Positions 11,901-20,351 of a DNA stretch of 64,000 nt are shown piece after piece. Source of the stretch: Candidatus Thorarchaeota archaeon (GTDB lineage Archaea; Asgardarchaeota; Thorarchaeia; Thorarchaeales; Thorarchaeaceae); the NCBI GenBank assembly GCA_019057475.1, contig DXJO01000010.1:160001-224000 (forward strand), read 5' to 3'. Within the stretch, counting starts at the first letter, position 1, and each line of letters begins with the position of its first letter. The position numbers were made by a program, and so were the translations under genes. Below the pieces are notes generated by a model. That model saw only the letters and a program-made list of their open reading frames with translations. It did not search any database and had not been told where the DNA came from.

Positions 11901-11930
11901 CAGGTCAGCCTAATCCTGACAGTGACATGA
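8907..11930 (+). CDS. UPF0182-family membrane protein with large extracellular domain
   Basis: N-terminal TM helices, then VRQWD, HLIYTH, IYYGE, DPYIVV and YM motifs. Also a SHOCT-like insert and a C-terminal beta-rich domain. Confidence 0.75.
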   Translation: MVDQMKHAKILFIFIILTLIAITVASTAYGWFLGQNIYQSTYSAKAGVNFWDTWTLENNIFTASLLLTLLSVITLPQRSTFLSFMSAISQSGPVTKRLDMTSAVIWRLLEFGGFFVFYVSTGGYSLTGQNVAFLMMLLGHGSISITSADVGTLFSLPFAPGTSSESIVSLVPAMEAYQLYLGLFATFLVLTGVRLVLSALTNMMSHNRDMFVVIPKILLAVSIAISLEILGVPMWTVNAGTWMSYMALIVSLFASIAGAVLFLFLRVHMGDAQQRTRSKISQLEEDFARFQGELVSLRNEYESGDVTPIDYRRRVTLLMEDRAHIAKELGHLKLESLIPIRDSPRKFGFLAVILIAMVIILPLTQGFYYGIQMEGDKYIDWKFNYETHKEITITNWAAGLDDMESLTLDDLTLNATPEGEVEFLTTVRQWDQAASFLRMKNQIGTNWMELADSDIVYLRGHEYWIAPLTFDYSATRTSFINQHLIYTHTEGLIVLDAYSGDVIEQDSLVALLNRSESIDIYYGEGRGFGDVVFTDVSGFEEINNATFQGTPDYNLAGFESTFYMLAMGPDAWSFMGRNMSMLVQRDVLSRVRTILLQGLTADRDPYIVVDTAGNLHYAVSIYIDYQLATGYAKENYMRFLGVVLVDIGTGELEFYKSPTAEESFFIDRTYMDYYDWQEAPHWLQSQMKWPEDLYERQLDVAYIYHVDDGLVWQAGQDFHESPDNSDTRYIIMRIGGEDRFVAMHNSEFLDSAGRNLAGIYVMGCGDTDFGKLTFYSAGEPGFSTLLGPTAAVQAFETNDEVRTQLQLWGKHRYGNRLLYHLGGDLFFVIPVFLEVESSTNIVIEKLGGVGLVDAESGEQVELGSSVVEAYYKMFGLLNQTAVEAGAVGVESAIFDPLTIDSGAFSQLVLGLRNNDNVSNDLWVDIVIVAGNFSVSWHGSEVAPTVYPSNTTFTLSIGTVGAGDIYGTSPSVTVYLPTGLVLGQYLVYVILRTEEGVADQVSLILTVT

Positions 11931-11942
11931 CTCAGTCCAAGA

Positions 11943-12890
11943 CTACTGCATATGGTTTCGATACCAGTTGATAGTATGCTCCAGACCGGTTTCAAAGGGT
12001 ATCTCTGGTGTGAATCCAAGAACACTCTGGGCCCTTTCCATCGACCCTATGCTATGTCTGACATCACCTATCCTCGGGTCAACATGAATAATCTTCGATC
12101 CCTCGGAGGATGCCGCCTGATTGATTTTGTTTGCAATATCTAGTATTCGAATCAAGTCCAAACCGGACACATTGATGACTTCGCCATTCGCCTGTGGTGT
12201 TTTCCCTGCAAGGAATGTCCCCCTGGCTACATCGGTCACATAGACAAAACTTCGGGTCTGCTCACCATCCCCCTCCACAGCAATCGGTTCACTCCTGATT
12301 GCATGGTTTATGAAGATGGAAATCACTCCACTGTACTCGGAGTACGCCTGCCTGGGACCATAGACATTGAAGTACCTGAGGATGGTGGTTTCGATTCCGT
12401 ACGTTTCGCGAAACGCTTTCATATACTCCTCACCGGCAATCTTGGAAGCTGCATAGGGGCTAAGCGGATTTACGGGGGTTTCCTCTACTATCGGCATCTT
12501 CTCCGGATTTCCATACACGGCAGCACTAGAGCTAAACACGGCGCGACTGACATCCAATGCTCTCGCAATATCCAAAATGTTAACGATACCAGTCACGTTG
12601 TTTCTGTTGACCAGAATTGGATCTTCAATGGAGGCAGTCACGGAGGAGATGGCTGCAAGATGAAAAACTAGGCTGATGTCCGATGACAACTTCGACTTCA
12701 GGCTAGGACTGCAAACATCCGCCTCAATGAAACGGAATTCGGGATGTGATGAGAATGAAACCATATTGCCTTGGTTACCAGTTCTCATGTTGTCGATGCC
12801 AATGACACCACGTCCCTCTTCCAAGAGACACTCAACCAAATGGCTACCTATGAAGCCCGCACACCCAGTCACAAGTACTTTACCATCCAT
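11943..12890 (-). CDS. NAD-dependent nucleotide-sugar epimerase/dehydratase (GalE/WbpP-like SDR)
   Basis: VTGCAGFIGSHL, HLAA, SSSAAVYG, SPYAASK, RYFNVYGPRQ, GDGEQTRSFVYV. Confidence 0.92.
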   Translation of the reverse strand: MDGKVLVTGCAGFIGSHLVECLLEEGRGVIGIDNMRTGNQGNMVSFSSHPEFRFIEADVCSPSLKSKLSSDISLVFHLAAISSVTASIEDPILVNRNNVTGIVNILDIARALDVSRAVFSSSAAVYGNPEKMPIVEETPVNPLSPYAASKIAGEEYMKAFRETYGIETTILRYFNVYGPRQAYSEYSGVISIFINHAIRSEPIAVEGDGEQTRSFVYVTDVARGTFLAGKTPQANGEVINVSGLDLIRILDIANKINQAASSEGSKIIHVDPRIGDVRHSIGSMERAQSVLGFTPEIPFETGLEHTINWYRNHMQ

Positions 12891-13034
12891 CTCGGCAACC
12901 ACCAATGAAGCGATAACGCTACCGTCTTATCTCTTGCGTGTCACGCCGTCAGACTTATGAACCAAGCTCATTGCCTCGTATCAATCAACCGATTAACTGC
13001 TAGACGCGGGCAGGGATGTCTGATGATTTCACAA

Positions 13035-13140
13035 CCGTTCATTGTAAGTTGGACAAACTTTGACAGGGAGTCTTTGTCCTCCCAAGAGCGGCACTGGGAA
13101 TATACTCCTTGAGGTCATTTTCCTGTCATTCAACCTCAAG
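13035..13140 (-). ncRNA. Putative omegaRNA-like guide scaffold inside type A mini-element
   Basis: TATA-like CTTATATG (13168-13161). 8-bp hairpin CTTGAGGT/ACCTCAAG. Outer stem GGAGT/ACTCC encloses TCCCAG-TGCCGCTC-TTGGGA, whose loop is complementary to the terminal GAACGG(T). Confidence 0.55.
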
Positions 13141-13222
13141 AAACAGTGTCATGATTTGAGCATATAAGGTCGTATTCGAAAATGTCCAATATCATCCAAG
13201 TTTTGAGCAGCTGTCTGCAACC
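13035..13222 (-). mobile_element. IS607-like non-autonomous mini-element, type A (188 bp)
   Basis: On the minus strand it starts (G)GGTTGCAGACAGCTGCTCAAAACTTGGATGATATTGGACA and ends TGTCAAAGTTTGTCCAACTTACAATGAACGG. The last 30 nt before the final G match 27889-27918 with 2 mismatches. Removing it at the CC/GG core restores ATG ATT TCA CAA CCC TTT GAG. Confidence 0.85.
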
Positions 13223-13505
13223 CTTTGAGTTTATTCAGCTAATAGTCCTAATCCTGACCGTAGTCTTTTTTCTCTTGGCAATCGAGTACCGAAAGCTCTC
13301 ATTTGCAGTGATCGCATTCGCAATTGGCAATGGTTTCCTGAGCCTTACCTTCTTCGCCCTCGGTGCCCCCTTTGTGGCTGTCTTCAACTTCAGCATGTTC
13401 TCAGGCGCCATCGCAATCCTGTTTCTTGCTGCTATGAGTCTTGAGGCGCCAGCAGAGGAGGAATGTCCGGAGGATGATGATTATTGTGAGGTGAGTACCC
13501 AATGA
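13182..13505 (+). CDS. NuoJ-like subunit, N-terminal half (split J)
   Basis: Three TM helices, FFALGAPFVAVF...GAIAILFL; first gene of the J-K-L-M-N run. Its first 13 codons come from the mini-element left end. Confidence 0.75.
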   Translation: MSNIIQVLSSCLQPFEFIQLIVLILTVVFFLLAIEYRKLSFAVIAFAIGNGFLSLTFFALGAPFVAVFNFSMFSGAIAILFLAAMSLEAPAEEECPEDDDYCEVSTQ

Positions 13506-13768
13506 AACACAAGATTGCAGCAATCATGCTGTCAGTCATCATGGTACTCTTGATTGGCGTGCAACTCATGGACTTCACCGTTTTTTCCTTGAGCGCACCC
13601 ACAGAACCGCTTCTGAATCCCGCAGATTGGGATATCATAGGTCAAAGGGTTGGTGAGCTGATGTGGTCATACCGCGTGGTTGATGTGTTGATTCAGGTCA
13701 CATTGCTTCTTGCAGCAGTGATTGGTGCCTCAGCAATGTTTCGTTCAATGCGGAAGGAGGAGAACTAA
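13502..13768 (+). CDS. NuoJ-like subunit, C-terminal half
   Basis: IGQRVGELMWSYRVVDVLIQVTLLLAAVIGA resembles the NuoJ C-terminal segment; overlaps the upstream gene by 4 nt. Confidence 0.65.
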   Translation: MKHKIAAIMLSVIMVLLIGVQLMDFTVFSLSAPTEPLLNPADWDIIGQRVGELMWSYRVVDVLIQVTLLLAAVIGASAMFRSMRKEEN

Positions 13769-13769
13769 G

Positions 13770-14099
13770 ATGTTCGACATGCTTCAAATCTATCTCATCT
13801 TTGCTCTCATCCTCTACGTCTTGGGCATCTATACATTAGCCAGCGCTAGAAATATGGTCAAGCTCGTTATTGGCATCGAGATCTTGGTCGCGGCGGCAAA
13901 CTTGAACTTCCTTGCTCTGGCCGCGTTCACTGCGGGGCCGAATATTCTTGGACCAATCGACCCCACTGTACAGACCTTCGTTATTCTTTCTATCATAGTC
14001 GGTGGAGTAGTAGCAGCAGTGGCCATGAGCCTTATTGTCAACGCTTACCGCCACTACGGGACACTTGACATCCGTGAACTCAGGAGGTTGAGGGAATGA
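13770..14099 (+). CDS. nuoK: NuoK/MrpC-like subunit
   Basis: LGIYTLASARNMVKLVIGIEILVAAANLNF...YRHYGTLDIRELRRLRE. Confidence 0.85.
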   Translation: MFDMLQIYLIFALILYVLGIYTLASARNMVKLVIGIEILVAAANLNFLALAAFTAGPNILGPIDPTVQTFVILSIIVGGVVAAVAMSLIVNAYRHYGTLDIRELRRLRE

Positions 14100-16096
14100 T
14101 TCTGCCTCTAGAATTGTTAGGCTGGCTTGTGTTTGTAGTGCCAATAGCTGGTGCCCTCTTCACGCCTGTCTTCGGCAAGATTCACCCCACTCTAAGAGAA
14201 GTCATGGCAGTCCTTGTTGGTTTCATCACCGCCTTTCTTGCTCTTGATATGGTTCTGGACATGCTAATTAGCCCCACCTCAATCGATAACAACCTAATCA
14301 CTTGGGTGATAACGGCTGGAATTGAGGTGGAGTTTGGTGTCCTAATCGACCCTCTCAGTGTCCTGTTGGCCTGCATTGCAGGAGGCATTGGTTCACTAAT
14401 CATCCTCTTCAGCGTGGGATACATGACTGGCCATGATGCCGAAGGAAATGTAGTCAAGGACCCAAGCCTGACCCGGTACTACTTCTTCATGCAATTCTTC
14501 GTTGCAGGAATGATCCTCCTAGTAATGGCGAACAACATGCTCATGACCTTCATTGGCTGGGAAATCGTTGGAATGTGCAGCTACGCGCTCATAGGTTTCT
14601 GGCACAACCTAAAGGAACCCAGTCCGGTGCCGGAGTACAAGACGGAGGGCGAGTACAACGCCGCGAGCGGCATGAAGGCATTCATGGTCACGAGGGTTGG
14701 CGACATCGGCCTGCTTGCAGGAATTCTGCTTCTCTTCTTCATCACGGGCACTTTCAACTACACTGAGATGCTCCAAACCGACGCTTGGGCTGTGGGTCTA
14801 TTCCATCTGTTGCCCATTGTGGCGATACTGATCTTTGCCGGCCCAATTGGCAAGAGTGCGCAGTTCCCCCTTCATATATGGCTGCCAGAGGCGATGGCTG
14901 GACCTACGACGGTCAGTGCGCTCATTCATGCAGCAGCGATGGTTAAAGCGGGGGTCTATCTTGTCGCGAGAATCATCCCCATCTTCCTAGAGGTCATGCA
15001 GACCGTGCCAGAAATGATTGTGTTCTTCCAGACGGTCGCGGCCATTGGTGCGTTCACTGCATTCATGGCGGCCACGATGGCCCTCGTACAGGACGAAATC
15101 AAGAAGGTCCTAGCGTATTCCACGGTTTCACAACTAGGATACATGTTCATGGCGCTCGGTGCGACTGGTCTTGTAGCAGAGAGCGTTTCTGCATATGCCG
15201 CCGGAACTTTTCATCTACTTGCTCACGCTTTGTTCAAGGCTCTACTATTTCTCGCCGCTGGGTCCGTCTTACACGCAGTCCAGAGTAAGAAAATGAGCGA
15301 CATGGGCGGAATCAGAAAGGACATGAAGGTCACTTTTGCAGCATTTACGGTCGGAGCACTCTCATTGGCCGGGGTATTCCCGTTCGTTGGCTTCTGGTCG
15401 AAAGAGCTGATTTTCGAGGCGTTATGGCTTGGTGGGCAGTACATCATCTTCCTCATTGCCTTCATAACGGCCATCCTGACGGCGTTTTACACATTCAGAA
15501 TGGTTGGTATCACGTTCTTTGGCGAGAAGTCCGAGCATATCAAGAGTCTGGAGTCACATGGGCATCATATTCACGAAGCACCTCCAACAATGACGATACC
15601 CCTCATCATACTGGCGGTGCTTGCCGCAACTGGTGGCATCCTTGAGATTGTATTCTTCGGATACTTCTCAGGGCTTGAAACCGGCGCACTCACACACTTC
15701 GATTGGGCACATCTTGCACCGTTTGCTCTGGGGATAACTACGATATTCACAATCGCTGTGTGGCTTGTGGGTATCACTCCAGCATATCTCATCTATTGGA
15801 GGAACAAGTACGACCTGAGCAGGTTCAAAGATGGGTTCCTCTACAAGTTCCTGTGGAATCGATGGTACATCAACGCACTCTGGTACAGAATCTTCGTTGA
15901 TGGTTACCTATGGCTGAGCAATGCAATCCATGCTCGCGTGGAATCCGCGCTGTTGGCGTTCAGTGGCGCCTTGAGCGGTGGCATGGATGGCGTATCGCGT
16001 GGTTGGAGACGTACCATGACTGGTGTGCTCAATACCAATGTATTGGGCATGATGGTTGGTATCATCGCGTTTCTATTGATTCTGATATTCTTGTAG
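14096..16096 (+). CDS. nuoL: NADH-quinone oxidoreductase subunit L-like antiporter subunit
   Basis: GWEIVGMCSYALIGFW, KAFMVTRVGD, GKSAQFPLHIWLPEAMAGPTTVSALIHAAAMVKAG, KKVLAYSTVSQLGYM. Confidence 0.93.
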   Translation: MILPLELLGWLVFVVPIAGALFTPVFGKIHPTLREVMAVLVGFITAFLALDMVLDMLISPTSIDNNLITWVITAGIEVEFGVLIDPLSVLLACIAGGIGSLIILFSVGYMTGHDAEGNVVKDPSLTRYYFFMQFFVAGMILLVMANNMLMTFIGWEIVGMCSYALIGFWHNLKEPSPVPEYKTEGEYNAASGMKAFMVTRVGDIGLLAGILLLFFITGTFNYTEMLQTDAWAVGLFHLLPIVAILIFAGPIGKSAQFPLHIWLPEAMAGPTTVSALIHAAAMVKAGVYLVARIIPIFLEVMQTVPEMIVFFQTVAAIGAFTAFMAATMALVQDEIKKVLAYSTVSQLGYMFMALGATGLVAESVSAYAAGTFHLLAHALFKALLFLAAGSVLHAVQSKKMSDMGGIRKDMKVTFAAFTVGALSLAGVFPFVGFWSKELIFEALWLGGQYIIFLIAFITAILTAFYTFRMVGITFFGEKSEHIKSLESHGHHIHEAPPTMTIPLIILAVLAATGGILEIVFFGYFSGLETGALTHFDWAHLAPFALGITTIFTIAVWLVGITPAYLIYWRNKYDLSRFKDGFLYKFLWNRWYINALWYRIFVDGYLWLSNAIHARVESALLAFSGALSGGMDGVSRGWRRTMTGVLNTNVLGMMVGIIAFLLILIFL

Positions 16097-16108
16097 GAGG
16101 TTGGTGAG

Positions 16109-17644
16109 ATGCAAGGAATAATCGATATCCCCATCCCCTCACACGACCTGATGATTCTCACACTGCTCGGCCTCATCTTCGGTGGACTTCTTGTCATGCT
16201 TGCAGGAAAGTGGTCTGAGAAGGGCGCACAGGCACTTGCAAGTCTTGTTCTACTTGGTGGCCTTGCACTGAACGTATTTCTCCTACTCGGTCCTGAGGTG
16301 TGGAGTGGGGGCGAGGTTCTCTATGAGGTAGTCTGGCTTGGGTCCGCAGATTCCCCAATAATGAACATGGGTTTCAGAGGCGACGGTCTCAGTACACCTA
16401 TTGCCATTCTGGTTCTTGGCTTGGGCCTTTTCTCAATCCTCTTCTCGACGGTCTACATGAAGAATCTGAAGCAGCCTGGTCTGTACTACTCCTTAATGGT
16501 CTGGTTCGTCGCCGCCATGGTGGGGGTAATCTACGCAACGGACCTCATGCAGTTCTTCGTGTTCTACGAGCTGATGCTCATACCTGCTTTCGTCTTGGTA
16601 TACGTCTATGGAGTTTCAGAAGATCCTGTCAAGCGGTCGAAGAACGCCCTTCAGTTCTGGATATGGACTGCCGCAGGCGGGATTGTATCTCTCTTTGCGG
16701 TGTTCATGCTGTTCGGTTACGCTGGCACAATGAGCATCTCGACACTGACGTCAGCATCGATTCCTGTCGAGATTGCAAAGTTCATTGGAATCATCTTTCT
16801 CTTGGGATTCGGCATGAAGCTCGGGCTCGTGCCTTTGCACGTGTGGGCGCCTCCTGTCTATGGTGAAGCGCCCATCCCGGTGCTTATTCTCCTCAGTGGA
16901 GCCATGACCAAGACTGCTGCCTATGGTGTGATTAGAATCGTCATCCCCATTCTATCTGAGGGACTCCGCGGTTACGCCTCTGGTCTGATGGTGATATCTC
17001 TCATCACAATGTTCTACGGCGCAATGATGGCAATCTCCCAAAAGGATCTCAAGATGATGCTTGCTTACTCCAGCATAAGCCAGCTTGGATACTTGATGTT
17101 TGGATACTCGACCATGACCTCCATCGGTGTCAATGGTGCAGCATTCCAGCTGATCAATCACGGGATTCTGGCCAGTCTGACATTCTTCTGTGCGGGTGCC
17201 TTGAAGATGAAGACTGGAACAATGAAATTCGACAAGCTGGGGGGTCTTGCTCCCAAGATGCCCGTACTTGCCACAGTCTACATTATTGGCGCACTCGCTC
17301 TTGCTGGCACTCCACCGATGTCAGCATTCGTGGGCGAGTGGATGATATTCGCCGGTGCAGCTGAACGTACTGCATTGGCCGGAGTTGGCCAGCCATTTTA
17401 CTTGGTCATGACTGTTCTTGCTGTAGTGGCTACGGGTCTTACTGCAGCCTACTACCTCTGGTCCATTAGGCGTATTTTCTTCGGACAAGTTCCGGAAGGT
17501 ATGGAGGACGCCAGGGATTCACCGCGGTTAATCTTGGTAATCACAGGACTGATGGCATTCGTCGTTGTGATTCTAGGCGTTTGGCCATGGATGCTTTGGA
17601 GATTCATAGGTCCGGTTCTGACCGGAGTTGTAGGAGGCGGCTGA
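16109..17644 (+). CDS. nuoM: NADH-quinone oxidoreductase subunit M-like antiporter subunit
   Basis: FFVFYELMLIP, KLGLVPLHVW, LAYSSISQLG, NHG, LGGLAPKMP, FVGEW. Confidence 0.88.
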   Translation: MQGIIDIPIPSHDLMILTLLGLIFGGLLVMLAGKWSEKGAQALASLVLLGGLALNVFLLLGPEVWSGGEVLYEVVWLGSADSPIMNMGFRGDGLSTPIAILVLGLGLFSILFSTVYMKNLKQPGLYYSLMVWFVAAMVGVIYATDLMQFFVFYELMLIPAFVLVYVYGVSEDPVKRSKNALQFWIWTAAGGIVSLFAVFMLFGYAGTMSISTLTSASIPVEIAKFIGIIFLLGFGMKLGLVPLHVWAPPVYGEAPIPVLILLSGAMTKTAAYGVIRIVIPILSEGLRGYASGLMVISLITMFYGAMMAISQKDLKMMLAYSSISQLGYLMFGYSTMTSIGVNGAAFQLINHGILASLTFFCAGALKMKTGTMKFDKLGGLAPKMPVLATVYIIGALALAGTPPMSAFVGEWMIFAGAAERTALAGVGQPFYLVMTVLAVVATGLTAAYYLWSIRRIFFGQVPEGMEDARDSPRLILVITGLMAFVVVILGVWPWMLWRFIGPVLTGVVGGG

Positions 17645-17649
17645 GCTAG

Positions 17650-19209
17650 ATGCAGCTGGATTTCCTGTTCTCTCCTGAGTTTGCGACTGTGATGCCAGTA
17701 CTGATCCCAATCGTCTTTGCGATCTTGGTTGCAGTACTCTCCGAGGGGGTCCGCGTCGCCGTAAAGCGAGTCCCCAAAGGTCTCCCAGACGCTATTGCAG
17801 TCATAGGCTTCGCATTAGCCCTCGTGTACACGTACATGCTTGGAACCGAGGTTTGGGGCAACGGAGTGCACACATTCGTTTTCTCTTGGAGCGGCGGTAA
17901 TTACGTGATGGCCGCAGACGAGTTTTCCGTCTTGATGATGGGACTCTTCACATTCATGGGTCTTGTTGTTGCCTTGTACTCCGTGGGCTACATGAAAAAA
18001 GACACCGGCCTAGCTCAGTACTACATCCTGCTTCTGATCATGGTGGGCGCAATGAACGGAGTCGTGATTTCCACGGACCTGTTCACACTCTACATGTTCT
18101 ACGAGACCATGGGTGTTTGCAGTTTCATCCTTGTGGCTTTCAGAAGGACCTGGGAGGGTATCGAAGCCGCTATCAAGTACCTCATGATGTCTGCGATTGG
18201 GTCGACTCTAGTGCTTATGTCTGCTAGCTACCTTTACGGTCTAACTGGCACGCTCAACCTAGCTCTGATGTCACAGGCATTACAAGCACACCCCGAGAAT
18301 CCTCTTATTCCAATCCTCATTGCCCTACTCACTGCTGGGTTCGCTGTGAAGGGTGCTGTGGTTCCATTTGCAGCATGGCTTGCAGACGCTCATCCAGCGG
18401 CACCAAGTGGCATCAGCGCCATGTTGTCTGCTGTTGTGATCAAGGTTGGCATCTACGGTATCATTCGCATTAACACACTGTTGTTCCCAATTCACACCAT
18501 CTACTTCGACTGGCCGCTATTAATCTCAATCCTAGCCTTAGTGACAATGACCGCCGGCAACTTCTGGGCACTCACACAGAAGGACCTCAAGCGAATGCTG
18601 GCATACAGTTCGATAACTCAGATAGGCTTCATTCTCTTTGCATTCGGAACGGCCACACCATTTGGATATCAGTCCGGAACATTCTACATCGTCGTTCATG
18701 CTCTAACTAAGGGACTCCTATTCCTCTGCGCAGGAGCGTTCCTGCATGCAGTCGGCAGTCGTGATTTGGATGACCTCAAAGGAGTTGGCAAGATGATGCC
18801 TGTGACAGGTGCGTTCTTCGCAATTGGTGTGCTATCTCTCATGGGCATGCCGCCCTTGGCTGGCTTCTACGCGAAGTTCCTGATCCTCGCCGCTGGTGTC
18901 GATGCGGGAATCAACTTCACGGGCTATTACCTGTTGTTCACAGTCGTCGCCCTGTTCAATGCTCTGCTTGGCCTTGGCTACTACCTGAGGATGATAAAGA
19001 CAGTCTGGTTCGAGTCCATGTCCGAGAATGTCAGAAATGCCCATCGTGCTAGTTCTTCAGTCATCTTGGGGATGGGGATTCTTGCAGTCGCCCTTCTGGT
19101 CATAGGTGTGTATCCAGCTCCAATCTACAGTATCGCTGAGGCAGCAGGAACTGCCTTGTTGGACGTCGGTGGTTTCGTCACAGAGATTTTGAGCGCTGGA
19201 ACACCATGA
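17650..19209 (+). CDS. NuoN/MrpD-like antiporter subunit
   Basis: DLFTLYMFYE, EAAIKYL, KGAVVPFAAWLADAHPAAP, KRMLAYSSI, GMPPLAGFYAKF. Confidence 0.85.
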   Translation: MQLDFLFSPEFATVMPVLIPIVFAILVAVLSEGVRVAVKRVPKGLPDAIAVIGFALALVYTYMLGTEVWGNGVHTFVFSWSGGNYVMAADEFSVLMMGLFTFMGLVVALYSVGYMKKDTGLAQYYILLLIMVGAMNGVVISTDLFTLYMFYETMGVCSFILVAFRRTWEGIEAAIKYLMMSAIGSTLVLMSASYLYGLTGTLNLALMSQALQAHPENPLIPILIALLTAGFAVKGAVVPFAAWLADAHPAAPSGISAMLSAVVIKVGIYGIIRINTLLFPIHTIYFDWPLLISILALVTMTAGNFWALTQKDLKRMLAYSSITQIGFILFAFGTATPFGYQSGTFYIVVHALTKGLLFLCAGAFLHAVGSRDLDDLKGVGKMMPVTGAFFAIGVLSLMGMPPLAGFYAKFLILAAGVDAGINFTGYYLLFTVVALFNALLGLGYYLRMIKTVWFESMSENVRNAHRASSSVILGMGILAVALLVIGVYPAPIYSIAEAAGTALLDVGGFVTEILSAGTP

Positions 19210-19234
19210 ACTACTCTTTGAGTCGCAGCCATAG

Positions 19235-19858
19235 TCATCCTATCAATAACACAATGATTGACCTAATTACGAACGTGTAGACAAGATGCAAAATCGTAAC
19301 GAGGAACGAGGCAGCGATGAAGAGCAGTGCATTTGTTCGGGGCTCAGCATCTCTCTTCTTGATAGTCAGGAAGAAGAGCAAGAACAGGAATGATGCCCCA
19401 CCCCAACCGAATGGAACTATTGGCGGCATCTCGTACCAAACAGGTATTGCCTCAGGCGGCCATACCCACCAGCCGGTTTCAGGAGCCCCTGCTGCTATTT
19501 CTACGGGCAACGAGATGAACGCAGTGATGACTGCGGCAGTTAGCAGGATTGCCCAGAGATTATCTTTCCATTTTGGAGCAAATGCTTCAAGGATTCTGTT
19601 TCCAACCACCCAGCTTGCATAGAATGACACAGACCATCCAAACCACATCACCATCGGCGCCGCTCCAATGTAGAACGCATGATCTGGGTAGGAATACATG
19701 CCAGGCATTAGAGCAACAATGTTCTCGCGCACTACTCCAAAGATGAATCCTCCAATGAAGAAAGCGGCCGTTAGCCAATGTTCTCTATGCATCCAGCCAT
19801 GAATGAAGCACAGCAAAGATCCAATCATCACTGCAGCCGTCACTATCTCAGCTAGCAC
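19235..19858 (-). CDS. Membrane protein, possibly CruF/DUF422 (carotenoid hydratase-like) family
   Basis: About 7 TM helices with E...G.YSY...P....GW and WWVW...PP...FGW patterns. Confidence 0.5.
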   Translation of the reverse strand: MLAEIVTAAVMIGSLLCFIHGWMHREHWLTAAFFIGGFIFGVVRENIVALMPGMYSYPDHAFYIGAAPMVMWFGWSVSFYASWVVGNRILEAFAPKWKDNLWAILLTAAVITAFISLPVEIAAGAPETGWWVWPPEAIPVWYEMPPIVPFGWGGASFLFLLFFLTIKKRDAEPRTNALLFIAASFLVTILHLVYTFVIRSIIVLLIG

Positions 19859-20033
19859 TCTCTGACCTCCTTAGCTTCAAGACTGCAACAAGCCAAAGCA
19901 CTAACACCAGTGAGAGTGGCACTGCTGAAAGGGCCCGCATCGGGTCTCCAATTATGAACAGATTGACTCCCGTCATTGACAATATCACGCCCAATATCGC
20001 CAAGACTGGGAGAATGTCTTCATGAATCTCCAT
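19848..20033 (-). CDS. Small 2-TM hypothetical protein
   Basis: MEIHEDILPVLAILGVILS..., two hydrophobic segments; overlaps the start of the next gene. Confidence 0.6.
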   Translation of the reverse strand: MEIHEDILPVLAILGVILSMTGVNLFIIGDPMRALSAVPLSLVLVLWLVAVLKLRRSESAS

Positions 20034-20066
20034 GTGCAAGACACACCAGTTCTCCATTGATTGGGG

Positions 20067-20346
20067 GGCATGCAACAGCTGCCAAGAACTTGTACAATCC
20101 TGGACATTTTGTAGGTGTTTAAAACATACTGTTCAGGATTGAGTGGTGTGGATGTTCAATGCAGATTGCTAGGACCTCCATGCGATTTGGTCGCCGCCAG
20201 TTGGACGGAGACAGAAAACGCCTGTGGAGAGGACGTGAGACTTGTCGCAGATCCAGTAGGATCTGCAGAGCAGACCTCAATGAATCAGGAACCGAACATC
20301 AGTCAAGGACATTGCTGTCCAAGATTGTGCAAGTTTCGGGCAACGG
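20067..20346 (+). mobile_element. IS607-like non-autonomous mini-element, type B (280 bp), with tnpB 3'-end/omegaRNA remnant
   Basis: Left end (G)GGCATGCAACAGCTGCCAAGAACTTGTACAATCCTGGACA; right end TGTCCAAGATTGTGCAAGTTTCGGGCAACGG. A same-length inverted copy lies at 50387-50666. An internal frame reads DLVAASWTETENACGEDVRL...QTSMNQEPN. Confidence 0.88.
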
Positions 20347-20351
20347 CGAGT

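Noticed and set aside
13035-13222. Mini-elements as self-splicing introns (IStron-like)
   Set aside because: At 188-280 bp they show no recognisable group I core, and the two intragenic copies are antisense to their host genes.
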